This document shows, piece by piece, positions 10,373-20,595 of a stretch of DNA of 64,000 nt. Position 1 is the stretch's first letter; each line of letters begins with the position of its first letter. The position numbers and the translations under genes were made by a program. Source of the DNA: Escherichia coli (GTDB taxonomy: Bacteria > Pseudomonadota > Gammaproteobacteria > Enterobacterales > Enterobacteriaceae); the NCBI RefSeq assembly GCF_003991155.1, contig NZ_CP031294.1. One strand, written 5' to 3'. The notes under the pieces are model-generated. The model searched no databases and was not told the DNA's origin. It saw only the letters and a list, made by a program, of their open reading frames with translations.

Positions 10373-10806
10373 TACTCACCGCCTTGTGCTTTCAGGATGC
10401 CTTCAATCATCTCGACAATTCCTTTCGCTTTGACACCAACCTGATTACCAATCACACGTAGACCGGCAATGCCTTCATTGTCTGCAATTGACTCCAACTC
10501 TTCTCGTGTGAAAGTCTGGATCTGTTTGGCCGGTTCATCTGGTGTCCCACGTTTCATTGGCACAATGTCAGGTGCTGCTGGCTCGGTAATCAGGTCTGCG
10601 GTCAACTCGCCACGATCACTGTATGCGGCAGACGGAGAAACATTTTTGCCCTCGACTGTTGATGCTCGCATTGAGGCACAAATCCTTTGCTGATCGATAA
10701 AAGGCAACTCCGCTACGGACACCCCGTTCTCGAACTGAACGCCGCACAACATTCCCGAATAACCGGAAAATTGCGGTTCTAATAAAACAATTTTTGCTGG
10801 TTTCAT
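10372..10806 (-). CDS. hypothetical structural protein
   Basis: 144-aa ORF; 1-bp overlap (coupled) with downstream gene. Confidence 0.4.
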   Translation of the reverse strand: MKPAKIVLLEPQFSGYSGMLCGVQFENGVSVAELPFIDQQRICASMRASTVEGKNVSPSAAYSDRGELTADLITEPAAPDIVPMKRGTPDEPAKQIQTFTREELESIADNEGIAGLRVIGNQVGVKAKGIVEMIEGILKAQGGE

Positions 10807-10850
10807 AACGCATTCTCTCTACATGGGCGGCTTTCGCCGCCCAATATTGA

Positions 10851-11771
10851 TTATTCCTGTGCAGCAGTGACTTCTACGGTCGCTGTCGCTTTGTGGCTAC
10901 CATCTTGGGTAGTAACCTCGATTGTGGCAGTACCAGCCGCAACGCCAGTTACAACACCGGTTTCGCTATCCACCGTTGCAAACTCGGTATTTTTGGATTC
11001 CCAAGTAACGGTTTTATTTGTTGCTCCTGCCGGCTCGACATTTGCGGTCAGCTGAACAGTTTTGTTTGCCTCAACGGTTGTGCTATTTGGGTCGATTTCG
11101 ACGCCGGTAACAGCCACAACAGGCGCAGTTACTTCCACCGTTGCAGTTCCCTTTTTGCTGCCATCTTGGGAAACGATCTCAATCGTCGCAGTGCCAACTT
11201 CTACACCAGTAACGTTCCCGCTCTGGTCTACCGTTGCCTTGTCTTCATTTTTGGAAGACCAAGTAACTGCCTTATTCGTCGCATTTGACGGCTGAACATT
11301 CGCTTTCAGACTGACTGATTTCCCTTTCTCAACAGAGGTTGAGTCTGGCGTTACCGTTACGGATTGAACGGCTACCGGATTTACGGTGACTTCCACTGAC
11401 GCGGAAAGCTGGGTTTCCTGATCAGTTGCGGTAATTTTCACTTTGCCTGGTGCTACGCCAGTTACTAATCCAGTGCCGTTGACGGTTGCAATTTGATCAT
11501 TGGCTGACTTCCAGGTGAATGAACTGGCACTCTTACCCATAGTAATACCTGCACTAAGTTGAACAGTTTTCCCAACCAAAACTGACGGTGAAGCCGGGGT
11601 TATGTTTACGGATTGGGAGAAGGGAACCGCCTGCAAACAAGCAGATAGCTGACTTTGTTGTCGCTCGGTTAAAGGTTCATCGGAGATAGAATTGGTAAAT
11701 CCGGCACGGCACATATGCCCCGTAAAATCCGAAAATGCCTCTTCCGTAATCTTCATCTTTTGTTCTGGCAT
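10851..11771 (-). CDS. Ig-like (three Big_2 repeats) protein, capsid decoration candidate
   Basis: Three tandem ~80-aa repeats with TV...G.V.G...G.ATI..T.DG motif typical of Big_2 domains; directly downstream of capsid gene. Confidence 0.55.
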   Translation of the reverse strand: MPEQKMKITEEAFSDFTGHMCRAGFTNSISDEPLTERQQSQLSACLQAVPFSQSVNITPASPSVLVGKTVQLSAGITMGKSASSFTWKSANDQIATVNGTGLVTGVAPGKVKITATDQETQLSASVEVTVNPVAVQSVTVTPDSTSVEKGKSVSLKANVQPSNATNKAVTWSSKNEDKATVDQSGNVTGVEVGTATIEIVSQDGSKKGTATVEVTAPVVAVTGVEIDPNSTTVEANKTVQLTANVEPAGATNKTVTWESKNTEFATVDSETGVVTGVAAGTATIEVTTQDGSHKATATVEVTAAQE

Positions 11772-11844
11772 TTCTCGCTCCTACAAAAAGGGTGGGCGTA
11801 TAGCCCACCCTTTAACATAGATAATTACTTATCTACTTCACTGA

Positions 11845-12720
11845 TTAAATTTTTACATTGGTCAGTGCAGCGATAGCCTTATCGTGCTTATTCGCCAGAG
11901 AGCAGTACCACTTCACACGGGTACGTACTGCGTCTTTGTTCTGTACAGTACCAATGTTTTCAACAACGATACCTGCGTTGTCGCCGCCATACAGACCAGT
12001 AACGCCGTTCTCTTCTGACAGATGCAGGCAGTAGATGCTTGCTTTGCCAGAATCGGTCGGGATGAAGTCGTTGATGATGAACGGAACGCCGTTATGACAC
12101 AGCATCGGACGACCGAAGTTCTCCATCATGATTTCAGACGGACCTACGTTTACTGTACGCAGCAGCGCACGGTAAGCACGCAGGTGCTCTGAACGCATCA
12201 TGATGCAGTCAGCACCAAGATCTTTCACCGCATCGACCAGTTCGTCGAACATAGAGAAAGTCATAGATGCACCGGCGATATCGATCTTCTGATCTGCGTG
12301 CATCAGGCGTGGAATGCCGTCAAACGCCTTGTTGTTGGAGCTGGAGTCACCCAAAATCAGGTTGCGACGGAACGCACGAGCCAGACCTTTAACTTTCTGA
12401 CGAACCTGAATAGCCAACTGGTTGTTGGTGTCGGCCATAGTGGTCGCCAGGAATTTATCAACGTCTACGTCACCAGCCAGAATACGCAGTTTCGCAACGC
12501 ATTCTTCGAAGGTTGCTGCACCTTCAGGGATGGTGTCGTTAACGTCGATGAAGGTAGCTTCACTCAGCGTTTTTTCACGGTTGTACAGATATGCCTTTGA
12601 ATTAATTTTCATAAAAGGCAGGATGGCAAACAGGTCATCGCGATCGATGATAGTTTCGATCACACCCTGTTCAAGTTCGTTGTTAGACAGCTTTTCAGCT
12701 TCTTCACGCAGTAATGGCAT
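11845..12720 (-). CDS. major capsid protein (candidate)
   Basis: 291-aa ORF immediately after scaffold-like gene and portal; followed by a hairpin terminator at ~11786-11812. Confidence 0.55.
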   Translation of the reverse strand: MPLLREEAEKLSNNELEQGVIETIIDRDDLFAILPFMKINSKAYLYNREKTLSEATFIDVNDTIPEGAATFEECVAKLRILAGDVDVDKFLATTMADTNNQLAIQVRQKVKGLARAFRRNLILGDSSSNNKAFDGIPRLMHADQKIDIAGASMTFSMFDELVDAVKDLGADCIMMRSEHLRAYRALLRTVNVGPSEIMMENFGRPMLCHNGVPFIINDFIPTDSGKASIYCLHLSEENGVTGLYGGDNAGIVVENIGTVQNKDAVRTRVKWYCSLANKHDKAIAALTNVKI

Positions 12721-12745
12721 CTATCAATTCCCTTTGATTTAGATG

Positions 12746-13633
12746 TTACTTAAGTCCAATTTTCCCCAGACCGGAGGCCAACTTATCCATAGTCGACTTG
12801 TTCTTCGGTTGGGATATTGTGTAGGTCGATTTGGAATGTGAGCCTACACCCTGCTTGGCTTCGCTACGCATCAATGCGTCAGCTTCCGGATCTGCCCGCA
12901 CAATGCGTTCAATCGCGGATTCAAACGGCAACGGCTTACCTTCACCGTCAACCAGAACAGCTCGTTCTTTGTGACCTGCCGGTTTGTCATAACCCACTAC
13001 GCTACCGTCTTCACCCACTTCAAAATGAGAACCGTAGATCACGCGGGCTTTTGCCGGGGTCATCAGAACTTTGTCACGTAGGAAGAGAGAGTTACTGAAG
13101 GAAGCGCCCACGGTCATCTCGACTAATTGAGATTTCAGTGATGCGTTTTCACTTTCCAGTGCTGCATAACGTTCGTCACGCTGTGCCAGCTCTGCCTGGT
13201 GTGCTTCGATCATCTGTTTTTTAACAGCATCGAACTCACCACGACGCTCCAGTTCAGCTTGCTCCGCCTCACGACGTGCGTTTTCTGCGGCCTGTTCAGC
13301 TTCTAAAAGCTGGCGAGCACGAGCCGGATCGATATCACCGTACTGAGCAAGCTGATCGGCCAATGTGCGCTCTTTCTCTTTGCGCTTCATGTTCTCCTTC
13401 AGCAGTTCAGCACCAGCTTTCTTGGTTTTACGAAGTTCGGCCAGTAACTCTTCCTGAGTCATGCCAGCGTATTCGTCATCGCCCTTCGGCTGCTCTTTTT
13501 GTTCACCCTGTTTGTCAGGATCTTGTGTACTCTGCTCATTATCAGCAGCTACACCGCCAGCGCCTCCACGCTCATGCGCTTCAGCGACATCCATCAGACC
13601 ACGACGGGCCAAAAGCATTTGCCACAGATTCAT
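12746..13633 (-). CDS. scaffolding protein (candidate)
   Basis: 295 aa, highly charged coiled-coil (EAEQAAENARREAEQAELERR...), between portal and capsid genes. Confidence 0.55.
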   Translation of the reverse strand: MNLWQMLLARRGLMDVAEAHERGGAGGVAADNEQSTQDPDKQGEQKEQPKGDDEYAGMTQEELLAELRKTKKAGAELLKENMKRKEKERTLADQLAQYGDIDPARARQLLEAEQAAENARREAEQAELERRGEFDAVKKQMIEAHQAELAQRDERYAALESENASLKSQLVEMTVGASFSNSLFLRDKVLMTPAKARVIYGSHFEVGEDGSVVGYDKPAGHKERAVLVDGEGKPLPFESAIERIVRADPEADALMRSEAKQGVGSHSKSTYTISQPKNKSTMDKLASGLGKIGLK

Positions 13634-13654
13634 AAAAATTCCTTTTGTTACTTA

Positions 13655-15229
13655 TCACTCGTTCTCTTGAGTAGATGAGTCCCCATTCCCTCGGGGTTGA
13701 TCTTGCCCGCTTTCTTGGGCTGCACCACGATCATAAGTAAGTACTGACTTATTTTCAAGGGTATTTAGATCATTTTTTGGAGGAAAATTCAAGAGATCTT
13801 TATCAAATTCCTTTTTCATCGCCTCAGTAATGTTCGGGAAAATCTTCTCAATAAGCATTTCCATCTGGTGACGACGTACAGAGTCCGGTGCCTGAAGTAA
13901 TGACAGTTTCTCGGCAACAGAAAATTCATCAGTAAGGCCACGAATATCGAAACTTTCTGGATATGCAATTAAAGAGTGGTCTTCGTCCAGATCTACCCCC
14001 ATCCATTTCGCAACCAGTAGCATGATTTGGCGTTCAGCCCTTTCCAGACGCTCTGCTTTTGTGACAAGCAAGCTATTTACACGCTGGAAGTCATACATTT
14101 TTGCGGCACCAGATGAATTATCGATTCCCTGTGCGTTGTCCTGCTTCGTTCGCTCACCAGCTACACCAACTGAATGGTAGATTTCGTTAATCACCGTCTT
14201 AATCGTAGTGATGATCATCTGAGCTTGTTTCGGGTCTGGTGACAGATAAAACGGCTGGTTTCCACCTTCAGAATCGTAGGTGAAGACTCGCTTTGTGCCC
14301 ATTTCAAGCACTTTAGTGTGGTTTTCATCACCAGGTAAAAGCGACTGTACCGGTATAGCCAACTGGCTAAATGTCTGATCCTGAATAATGGCATCAAGGT
14401 TTGACAGATAGTTTGCAACCGCACGATCAAGATAAGCGATATCATCGATCAACGATGGGCTGAAATACGGTGATTCACTTTCTCCAATACAATCAACAGG
14501 AAACACAGGAACTACGCCGAGATTATGCTCACCGCTATCCTCTAAAATAACTTTTGCCTGACGGCGACCTGCTCCACCAGCGCCCTTCTTCACTTCCTCA
14601 CGGAACAGATACCACTCGTTTTGTGTCCACAGACGATAACGTTGGTATTCCTGACCTGTAGAAGTAAAAGGATCTGCGTCATCACGAGCGACTTCCACAA
14701 TTAACGCCCACAACATATTCCCGTCGTCGTCCCATGCCACATCCAGCATTTGCTGAGGTGAAATCCAGTAGGCGTAGGCGCGAGCATCTTTCTTTTTCTC
14801 GTCAGCTACTGACTCAACATCACCACTCATCGTGCTATCGACAACAACCCATATGCGACCGTAAATAGACGACTGCAAATCAATAGCGGCCATAAATGAG
14901 TCAATAGAGGCATTCTGGCGAGTCGCACGTTTCCAGAAATTGCGGATCTGCTCTGGTGCCTCTTCGATATTTCTATGAATGTCTTCTTTAAAGAGATATT
15001 TGTTGATGAGGTTTACCACCTCACGAGTGTGGTTGAAGCGATAAGCACGTTCAACTCGCTCCTTAAACTCCTGATCTCCCTCTTTAAAGTAACGAAAGAT
15101 ATTGTCTGTAAACCAACCACGCCCGCCAGCGTAAGTGCTGGCGAGGAAGTCCCAATGTTCTTTTTTCTTTTCGTATTCCGGGTGGCGTCGCGCCACCAGA
15201 TCCTTAATTTGTTTGTCGTTCAATTCCAT
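13655..15229 (-). CDS. portal protein
   Basis: 524-aa ORF directly downstream of large terminase; size and acidic C-terminus typical of portal proteins. Confidence 0.7.
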   Translation of the reverse strand: MELNDKQIKDLVARRHPEYEKKKEHWDFLASTYAGGRGWFTDNIFRYFKEGDQEFKERVERAYRFNHTREVVNLINKYLFKEDIHRNIEEAPEQIRNFWKRATRQNASIDSFMAAIDLQSSIYGRIWVVVDSTMSGDVESVADEKKKDARAYAYWISPQQMLDVAWDDDGNMLWALIVEVARDDADPFTSTGQEYQRYRLWTQNEWYLFREEVKKGAGGAGRRQAKVILEDSGEHNLGVVPVFPVDCIGESESPYFSPSLIDDIAYLDRAVANYLSNLDAIIQDQTFSQLAIPVQSLLPGDENHTKVLEMGTKRVFTYDSEGGNQPFYLSPDPKQAQMIITTIKTVINEIYHSVGVAGERTKQDNAQGIDNSSGAAKMYDFQRVNSLLVTKAERLERAERQIMLLVAKWMGVDLDEDHSLIAYPESFDIRGLTDEFSVAEKLSLLQAPDSVRRHQMEMLIEKIFPNITEAMKKEFDKDLLNFPPKNDLNTLENKSVLTYDRGAAQESGQDQPRGNGDSSTQENE

Positions 15230-15255
15230 TTGAATAACCTTAGATAATTACTTAC

Positions 15256-16512
15256 CTATCGAGAACCACCAAGAATAACACGGTTTTTGACTGGATACCT
15301 ACGATGTACTGGATAGCCCAATGCGTCTGCACTATGCTCAATGCCACCTGTCTTATCCATATCTCGTGTTCCAGGCTTGTAGATGACTTTTTCCAGTGAA
15401 TCAATCAAATGCTTGCACTTCGGATCGATATACAGCCGGATATCTCCAGATGCGGTCATCAGCATTCGGTTAACAGCATTAACACGATCCGCAATTGGCG
15501 GGTGCTTTTTCGAATAATCGACACGTAAGAATCCCTTCTCTTTGAATATGTCGACGTCAGACTCCCCGCGAGCATGTTGGCGATAAGCACCTGCCGGATC
15601 TGGAAATACCGTTATCTGTGATTTCCAGCGCCAGAAGCGTCTCTCAAGCTCATCACAAACCTCTGCCGTGTTAGAGGAAAAGAGCACCAATTCATCAATT
15701 GCCCATAGCTCACCATTTGGCTGAGGTTGCAAAATTACTGAAGACATCGGGTCAATGTTGAAGTCCTGCCCTACCCATATAGGCAACCGAGGGTTGAACT
15801 GAAGCGGTTTTACATGCACGTTACGATCGAACGGGTAGTAAACGCGCCCGGACATGTTCTCAAAGCTCGCCAGGTACTCCTGAGCGAACGATTTCGGGTC
15901 CATATCGTTCTTAGCAGCTTCAATTTCCGCCGTAGGTACAAACGGAGAATCGGCAGTTACAAACTGCCAGCTCTTCCACTGTCCCTTTCTTTGCAGCTCT
16001 ACGTTCTGGCCTATAGTCCACAGTTTGTGAAATTCCGAGAAGCCTTTTGGCGTACCAATGATCAGTGCACCGCCGCGTGTCGATGAAAGAGTAGGTCGTA
16101 ACACCTTGTACCAGGTGTCAGCCTTCATATCCTGAAATTCATCAAGCACTACAAAATGCAACGCTACGCCGCGCAGAGTGTCAGGCTTATCAGCACCTTT
16201 GAGGGCGATCTCCGAACCGTTCTTCAACACGATTGTCATCGTGGTGTCGTTCTTTTTCCTAACCCACTTACGAGGCAGAACTTCCTGTAGATCGTCCCAC
16301 AAAATCTGGCGAGCCATCTGGTAAGTAGGAGCGACATACCAGACTCTTTGCTTTTTTTCCTTTGCCGCCGCACGAATAATAGTGGAGATCGACAACCGGG
16401 ATTTTCCCCAGCGTCGACCAGCACAAACAACTTTAAATCGATGCGGAGACTGGAAGACTTTCATCTGTCCAGAATGCAGTTGCACAAGACTGAGCGAGGA
16501 CGGGATTGCCAT
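15256..16512 (-). CDS. terminase large subunit
   Basis: Walker A CAGRRWGKS, Walker B VVLDEF, C-terminal nuclease-like domain; 418 aa. Confidence 0.9.
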   Translation of the reverse strand: MAIPSSLSLVQLHSGQMKVFQSPHRFKVVCAGRRWGKSRLSISTIIRAAAKEKKQRVWYVAPTYQMARQILWDDLQEVLPRKWVRKKNDTTMTIVLKNGSEIALKGADKPDTLRGVALHFVVLDEFQDMKADTWYKVLRPTLSSTRGGALIIGTPKGFSEFHKLWTIGQNVELQRKGQWKSWQFVTADSPFVPTAEIEAAKNDMDPKSFAQEYLASFENMSGRVYYPFDRNVHVKPLQFNPRLPIWVGQDFNIDPMSSVILQPQPNGELWAIDELVLFSSNTAEVCDELERRFWRWKSQITVFPDPAGAYRQHARGESDVDIFKEKGFLRVDYSKKHPPIADRVNAVNRMLMTASGDIRLYIDPKCKHLIDSLEKVIYKPGTRDMDKTGGIEHSADALGYPVHRRYPVKNRVILGGSR

Positions 16513-17144
16513 TATTCGTCCTCCCCTTCACTTCCATCATCTGTCGCATCAAATTCGCTTAGAGCTTCTTCTTCCAACGTCTCAAGCAATTCGTCATCGA
16601 TGATTTCAGGCTCGTCGTCTTCCTGACGTAATTTCGCCACCTGGGAAGGCGTAAGCTCACCAAATACCAGGTTCGGAATTTCTTCCTCGTCATTTTCCGC
16701 ATGATCCATGCCCAATGCTTTGGACGAAACTTCAAAGCATTTTGCAAGGGTATTACTGGCTCTCTGTAAGCTCTTGAGAGAATCCTCAATCGCCCCTAAA
16801 GGCTTACCCTCACGTTTGGCCGTAGTGACTTCGACCATCACCATCTGCCCCAACGCATACGCCCAGCCGTCATAACGTGTACGACGTTCTTCTATCTTTT
16901 CCGCACGGGCTTTAGCGCGAAGCTCTGCGTCAGATTTAAGAGACTCACGAACCATCTTCCCAACAGAGTCCGCGCCTTTCTCTAATCCTCGCTTTTTGAA
17001 ATGTCTGGAGAGTGTTTCACGACGAATGCCGTACTCTTCCTCCAGCTTTGAGAGTGTATATTCGCCTGACGTCCATTTGGCTTCAGCTTCGGCCCACTCC
17101 GCTGGTGTCAGGCGAGTTTTTACCTCGTCTTTTTCGACCGTCAT
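16512..17144 (-). CDS. terminase small subunit (candidate)
   Basis: 210 aa, N-terminal HTH-like region, acidic C-terminus, 1-bp overlap with TerL start. Confidence 0.6.
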   Translation of the reverse strand: MTVEKDEVKTRLTPAEWAEAEAKWTSGEYTLSKLEEEYGIRRETLSRHFKKRGLEKGADSVGKMVRESLKSDAELRAKARAEKIEERRTRYDGWAYALGQMVMVEVTTAKREGKPLGAIEDSLKSLQRASNTLAKCFEVSSKALGMDHAENDEEEIPNLVFGELTPSQVAKLRQEDDEPEIIDDELLETLEEEALSEFDATDDGSEGEDE

Positions 17145-17256
17145 AGATCCCTCTAAAACACACAGAGCGCGTCCATGCGCTCTAAAACAACTTGTTTACT
17201 GCATCTGCTAACCAACTTGTTTTCTGGGGTGTTTAATTAGGTCTGGCATGTCTTAC

Positions 17257-17316
17257 GAAGCCTGCTTCCGTATATATTTAATAAGTTACTTATTATTTAT
17301 ATATACAGATGCAGGT
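17257..17316. promoter_or_regulatory. hairpin-flanked AT-rich intergenic element (copy 1) upstream of terminase operon
   Basis: Arms cctgcttccgtatatat / atatatacagatgcagg flank palindrome aataagttacttatt; near-identical copy at 47551-47610. Confidence 0.5.
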
Positions 17317-17339
17317 CTTTAAATAAGCTCCCAGACCGA

Positions 17340-17606
17340 TTACATCACCAGTAACTTCGCTTTGGCTCGACCTAAAGTGGTTAACCCAAGAGTCCGGCGG
17401 TGATAGCGATTGTCACTGCGTTGGCGCGTATGCCCTTTCTCCACCAGCCCCTTTTTTATCAGAGCGCGAATTGAGAACTGGATACTTTGCTTGGTTGTCT
17501 TGTACGGCAAAACTTCAAGCAATTCGTCCAGGTCAAGTAGATGACCTCGCTCATAACCGAGATTGAGCGTTTTGATGATGTCCTTTTGTTTGTCGGTTAA
17601 CGTCAT
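17340..17606 (-). CDS. small DNA-binding protein (winged-helix-like), hypothetical
   Basis: 88 aa, basic, helix-turn-helix-like segment; last gene of ParB/ATPase operon. Confidence 0.35.
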   Translation of the reverse strand: MTLTDKQKDIIKTLNLGYERGHLLDLDELLEVLPYKTTKQSIQFSIRALIKKGLVEKGHTRQRSDNRYHRRTLGLTTLGRAKAKLLVM

Positions 17607-17615
17607 GGCAAATCC

Positions 17616-18506
17616 TTATGCCGGTAAAGCAATTTCTAACGGTTTATCCAAAGGTTGTTTGTCGAATGCCAGCAGTGGCAGCGTGTCAGGCAGTCGACGG
17701 CCAAAGTCAGGGTTTCGGTACACACCATACAACGGAGACGTAAAGCTCAGGTTGTGAATGTCCTTGAGCAGCTTCACAATGCTGGCCTCGTCCACCAGAC
17801 TGTCGGCAATGTCCTGAATCGTCGTGCCACGATTCCGCCCAGCTTTTGCCAGGGAACTGTTCTTATGGTAGTCCGCCACCAAATCGCGCAGCGCACGGCG
17901 ACGACGAGACTCGCTCATAGCGAACAACTCTTTGACGATCGCCTCGTTATCACCCGGGTCGGAGCGGAAATGGCGCTGGAACACACGCAGTGCACTTTCA
18001 TAGCTCTTCGGTCGCTCAGGGCGGATGAACTTAAACCCTGCTTTCATGGCGAAGGGATTGTATTTGCTCATCGAGGACTGGATCTCAATGATTGGCCGGT
18101 CATGCATCCTGCTAACCAGGTTAATCATTCTATAAGAGACGCCTACGCCACGATACTGAGTATCCACAACTGAGCGACTGATCACCGCAAAGTTGTTATT
18201 CACGTACCGACCCCAGTACTGGTTAGCCACGGTGGTATTAGTGGTTGGTTTCAACTTAGGAAACATGCGGTGGCGAGGTGCCAACAGTAGTTTCGGGTAA
18301 GCCATAACCACGACGCCCACCAGACGGTCATCAAGTTCGCAGCGATAGTAAGTTGGCGCGAAAGGTTTGCCGTCTGTTTTGTAGTGAAGCGACTTAAGAG
18401 CGTGCCAGTCCTCTACAGTTCCCTTTGTAACAGTCATTCGCTCCAGAAAGTCCAGATGACGCGGAAACTCTTCAGGGCGGTAGCGTTTAATGATGATGTC
18501 CGTCAT
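17616..18506 (-). CDS. hypothetical protein with possible GNAT-like acyltransferase motif
   Basis: 296 aa; segment VVDTQYRGVGVSYRMINLV resembles GNAT motif A (Q/R-x-x-G-x-G/A); weak. Confidence 0.3.
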   Translation of the reverse strand: MTDIIIKRYRPEEFPRHLDFLERMTVTKGTVEDWHALKSLHYKTDGKPFAPTYYRCELDDRLVGVVVMAYPKLLLAPRHRMFPKLKPTTNTTVANQYWGRYVNNNFAVISRSVVDTQYRGVGVSYRMINLVSRMHDRPIIEIQSSMSKYNPFAMKAGFKFIRPERPKSYESALRVFQRHFRSDPGDNEAIVKELFAMSESRRRRALRDLVADYHKNSSLAKAGRNRGTTIQDIADSLVDEASIVKLLKDIHNLSFTSPLYGVYRNPDFGRRLPDTLPLLAFDKQPLDKPLEIALPA

Positions 18507-19168
18507 GAATGGACCTCATCATGACTACCATTGTGATATTCCACCTTCACGCGTTCTTTGTAGTGCTTGGTGATCTGCATATCAGGGCGCAGCGCGTTCT
18601 TCAGGTCTTCGTGAGTCGTCGCCACCATTACCGTCGCACCAACCTTTCGAGCGGCACGCTGGAGGTTAGACGCCACAACCTGAGCGGTTACACGGTCGAG
18701 AACAGCGCCGAACTCGTCAGCAGCCCATACTTTAGCGCCTGACTCAATCAGTTTGGCAATCTTGAGACGATATTTCTGGCCGTCTGACATTTCAGAAGGC
18801 TTGCGAACAAACAGATATGCATCGTTCAGACCAGCCATAGATAACAACCCAAGCGCATCACTGGTCGTTTTGCCCAACTGATCGATGACGTTAACCTCAT
18901 TATCGAAGGTAAAATCATCGATGGAGGCTACAGACAGCCCTTCATCCTTCATCTGTCGTTGCAACTCGCGCAGCACAACGGATTTGCCGGAACCGGATTG
19001 GCCGGTGATGTACACCACATCGCCCTGCTTCACTTCCAGCTCCAGATTGTCGTAAAGCGTCCACTCTTTTTCGTCCAGGCCAAGCCCGAACGACTCAGCG
19101 ATTTCCAACGTGCGCGTGGTTTTATTTACGCGTGTCTGAAACGATACGTTGATGATGTATTTGCTCAT
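18503..19168 (-). CDS. ABC-type ATPase (stand-alone nucleotide-binding domain)
   Basis: Walker A GQSGSGKS, signature-like SDGQKYRL, Walker B VWAADEF, H-loop ATTHE. Confidence 0.6.
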   Translation of the reverse strand: MSKYIINVSFQTRVNKTTRTLEIAESFGLGLDEKEWTLYDNLELEVKQGDVVYITGQSGSGKSVVLRELQRQMKDEGLSVASIDDFTFDNEVNVIDQLGKTTSDALGLLSMAGLNDAYLFVRKPSEMSDGQKYRLKIAKLIESGAKVWAADEFGAVLDRVTAQVVASNLQRAARKVGATVMVATTHEDLKNALRPDMQITKHYKERVKVEYHNGSHDEVHS

Positions 19169-19866
19169 GCAGCCATCTCCCCGGAAGAGATCTTCTCCGC
19201 ATATGCCACAAATGCGTCTACCCCGCTTTCTCCCGTCATTTCTTCCATATGGGCAAGCAAATCACCAACAACAATGGCAGAGCCAGCAGGGAGCGTTTTA
19301 AAGCCCAATACGTCGACAACACGTACTTCTTCCGCTGCAACTTCACGACTGATCTCGGTGTGTTCATCCTTCTGTCGTTTAGTTTCTTCGCCAAGATCGA
19401 TAACTAGCGAGTCGGTGTCCATTTCTTCTGTCATACTGCCAACGAGAACATTCAACTCACGCTCTTCAAAGCCGAAAACCTCGATATCGTCCAGAACAAG
19501 CGACTCAAGCTCTTTCTGTAGCTTAATTGCATCGTAATCAATGCTGGCAAGTCGGTTATCTTCAAGGCGCTTCGCACGAACCTCGTCATCACTGAGATCA
19601 TCGCGAACAATAACCGGTACGCGCTCAAGTCCAGCAAAAATTGCAGCCTCACGGCGGCCGTGGCCAGTAATAATTACGTCGTTCTTATCGACCGTAATTG
19701 GCTGGTCAAATCCGCGCTTTTTAATGGCTGCGGCTAGATCTCGGATCTGCTGTTCATCATGCTTTTTGGCATTCATCTCATAGGGAATAAGATCTGCCGG
19801 GTCGCGATATACGATTTCAAACTTTTTGGTCATTACATACGCTCCTTGTAGTAGTCGACCAGCCAC
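19165..19866 (-). CDS. ParB-like nuclease domain protein
   Basis: N-terminal ParB/Srx-type motif ITGHGRREAA; acidic C-terminus. Confidence 0.55.
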   Translation of the reverse strand: MAGRLLQGAYVMTKKFEIVYRDPADLIPYEMNAKKHDEQQIRDLAAAIKKRGFDQPITVDKNDVIITGHGRREAAIFAGLERVPVIVRDDLSDDEVRAKRLEDNRLASIDYDAIKLQKELESLVLDDIEVFGFEERELNVLVGSMTEEMDTDSLVIDLGEETKRQKDEHTEISREVAAEEVRVVDVLGFKTLPAGSAIVVGDLLAHMEEMTGESGVDAFVAYAEKISSGEMAA

Positions 19867-20531
19867 ACCAGAGCCTCACCAGCGTTCTCCATTTCATTAC
19901 CGGTGTTAATAGCCTGCTCTTTGATGATGTTTTTTATGGTTTCTGCAACACGATCTGACGCATCGAAAGTTACTTTGAAGCGCATGGTCTGATGTTCCGC
20001 ACCCACACGTTCGGTTTTCTCTCGTTTGTCGGTATCGACAGGCTCATCACTACCACGAGACAACGCCTCCAGTGCTTCAAGGTCGATTGCCGCCTCTTTT
20101 GCTAAAACCATCGAGATTTCGTCGTCATACGGAGCGATTTCAGACAGTTGATAGTCAAGTTCTGACTGAATTTCTTCAATGAAGCGTTGCAATGCGATTT
20201 GGTCGTCTTCACCGTATCGCTCGTTGTCCACCAGTGACATCTGTTTAGCTACGACATCGCTAATTTTGCCCACAGAAAGCACCGGAACCGTTGAAATTCC
20301 TTGCTCAATAGCAGCACGCCAGCGATGTTCGCCGCCGAGGATTTCAAAAAATCCATCTTCAAGTTCACGAGCCAAAATTGGCTTAAAAAAGCCCAATTTT
20401 TCGATAGAACCTTTCAGTTTTTCAAAATTCTGCGCACCAACCGAATTGGTGTTCCAGGTATTCGGGCGAAGGTTGGCAACATCAACCTGCAAAATCGTGA
20501 TTTTTACATCCATTTTATTGCTACAATCCAC
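19833..20531 (-). CDS. ParB-like nuclease domain protein
   Basis: N-terminal ParB-type motif LGGEHRWRAA. Confidence 0.55.
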   Translation of the reverse strand: MDCSNKMDVKITILQVDVANLRPNTWNTNSVGAQNFEKLKGSIEKLGFFKPILARELEDGFFEILGGEHRWRAAIEQGISTVPVLSVGKISDVVAKQMSLVDNERYGEDDQIALQRFIEEIQSELDYQLSEIAPYDDEISMVLAKEAAIDLEALEALSRGSDEPVDTDKREKTERVGAEHQTMRFKVTFDASDRVAETIKNIIKEQAINTGNEMENAGEALVWLVDYYKERM

Positions 20532-20595
20532 TAAGTAATCACTTACTTATTATAATAGCCAAATAACATACAAAAGGCACTAAGGAAAGAGGTTT

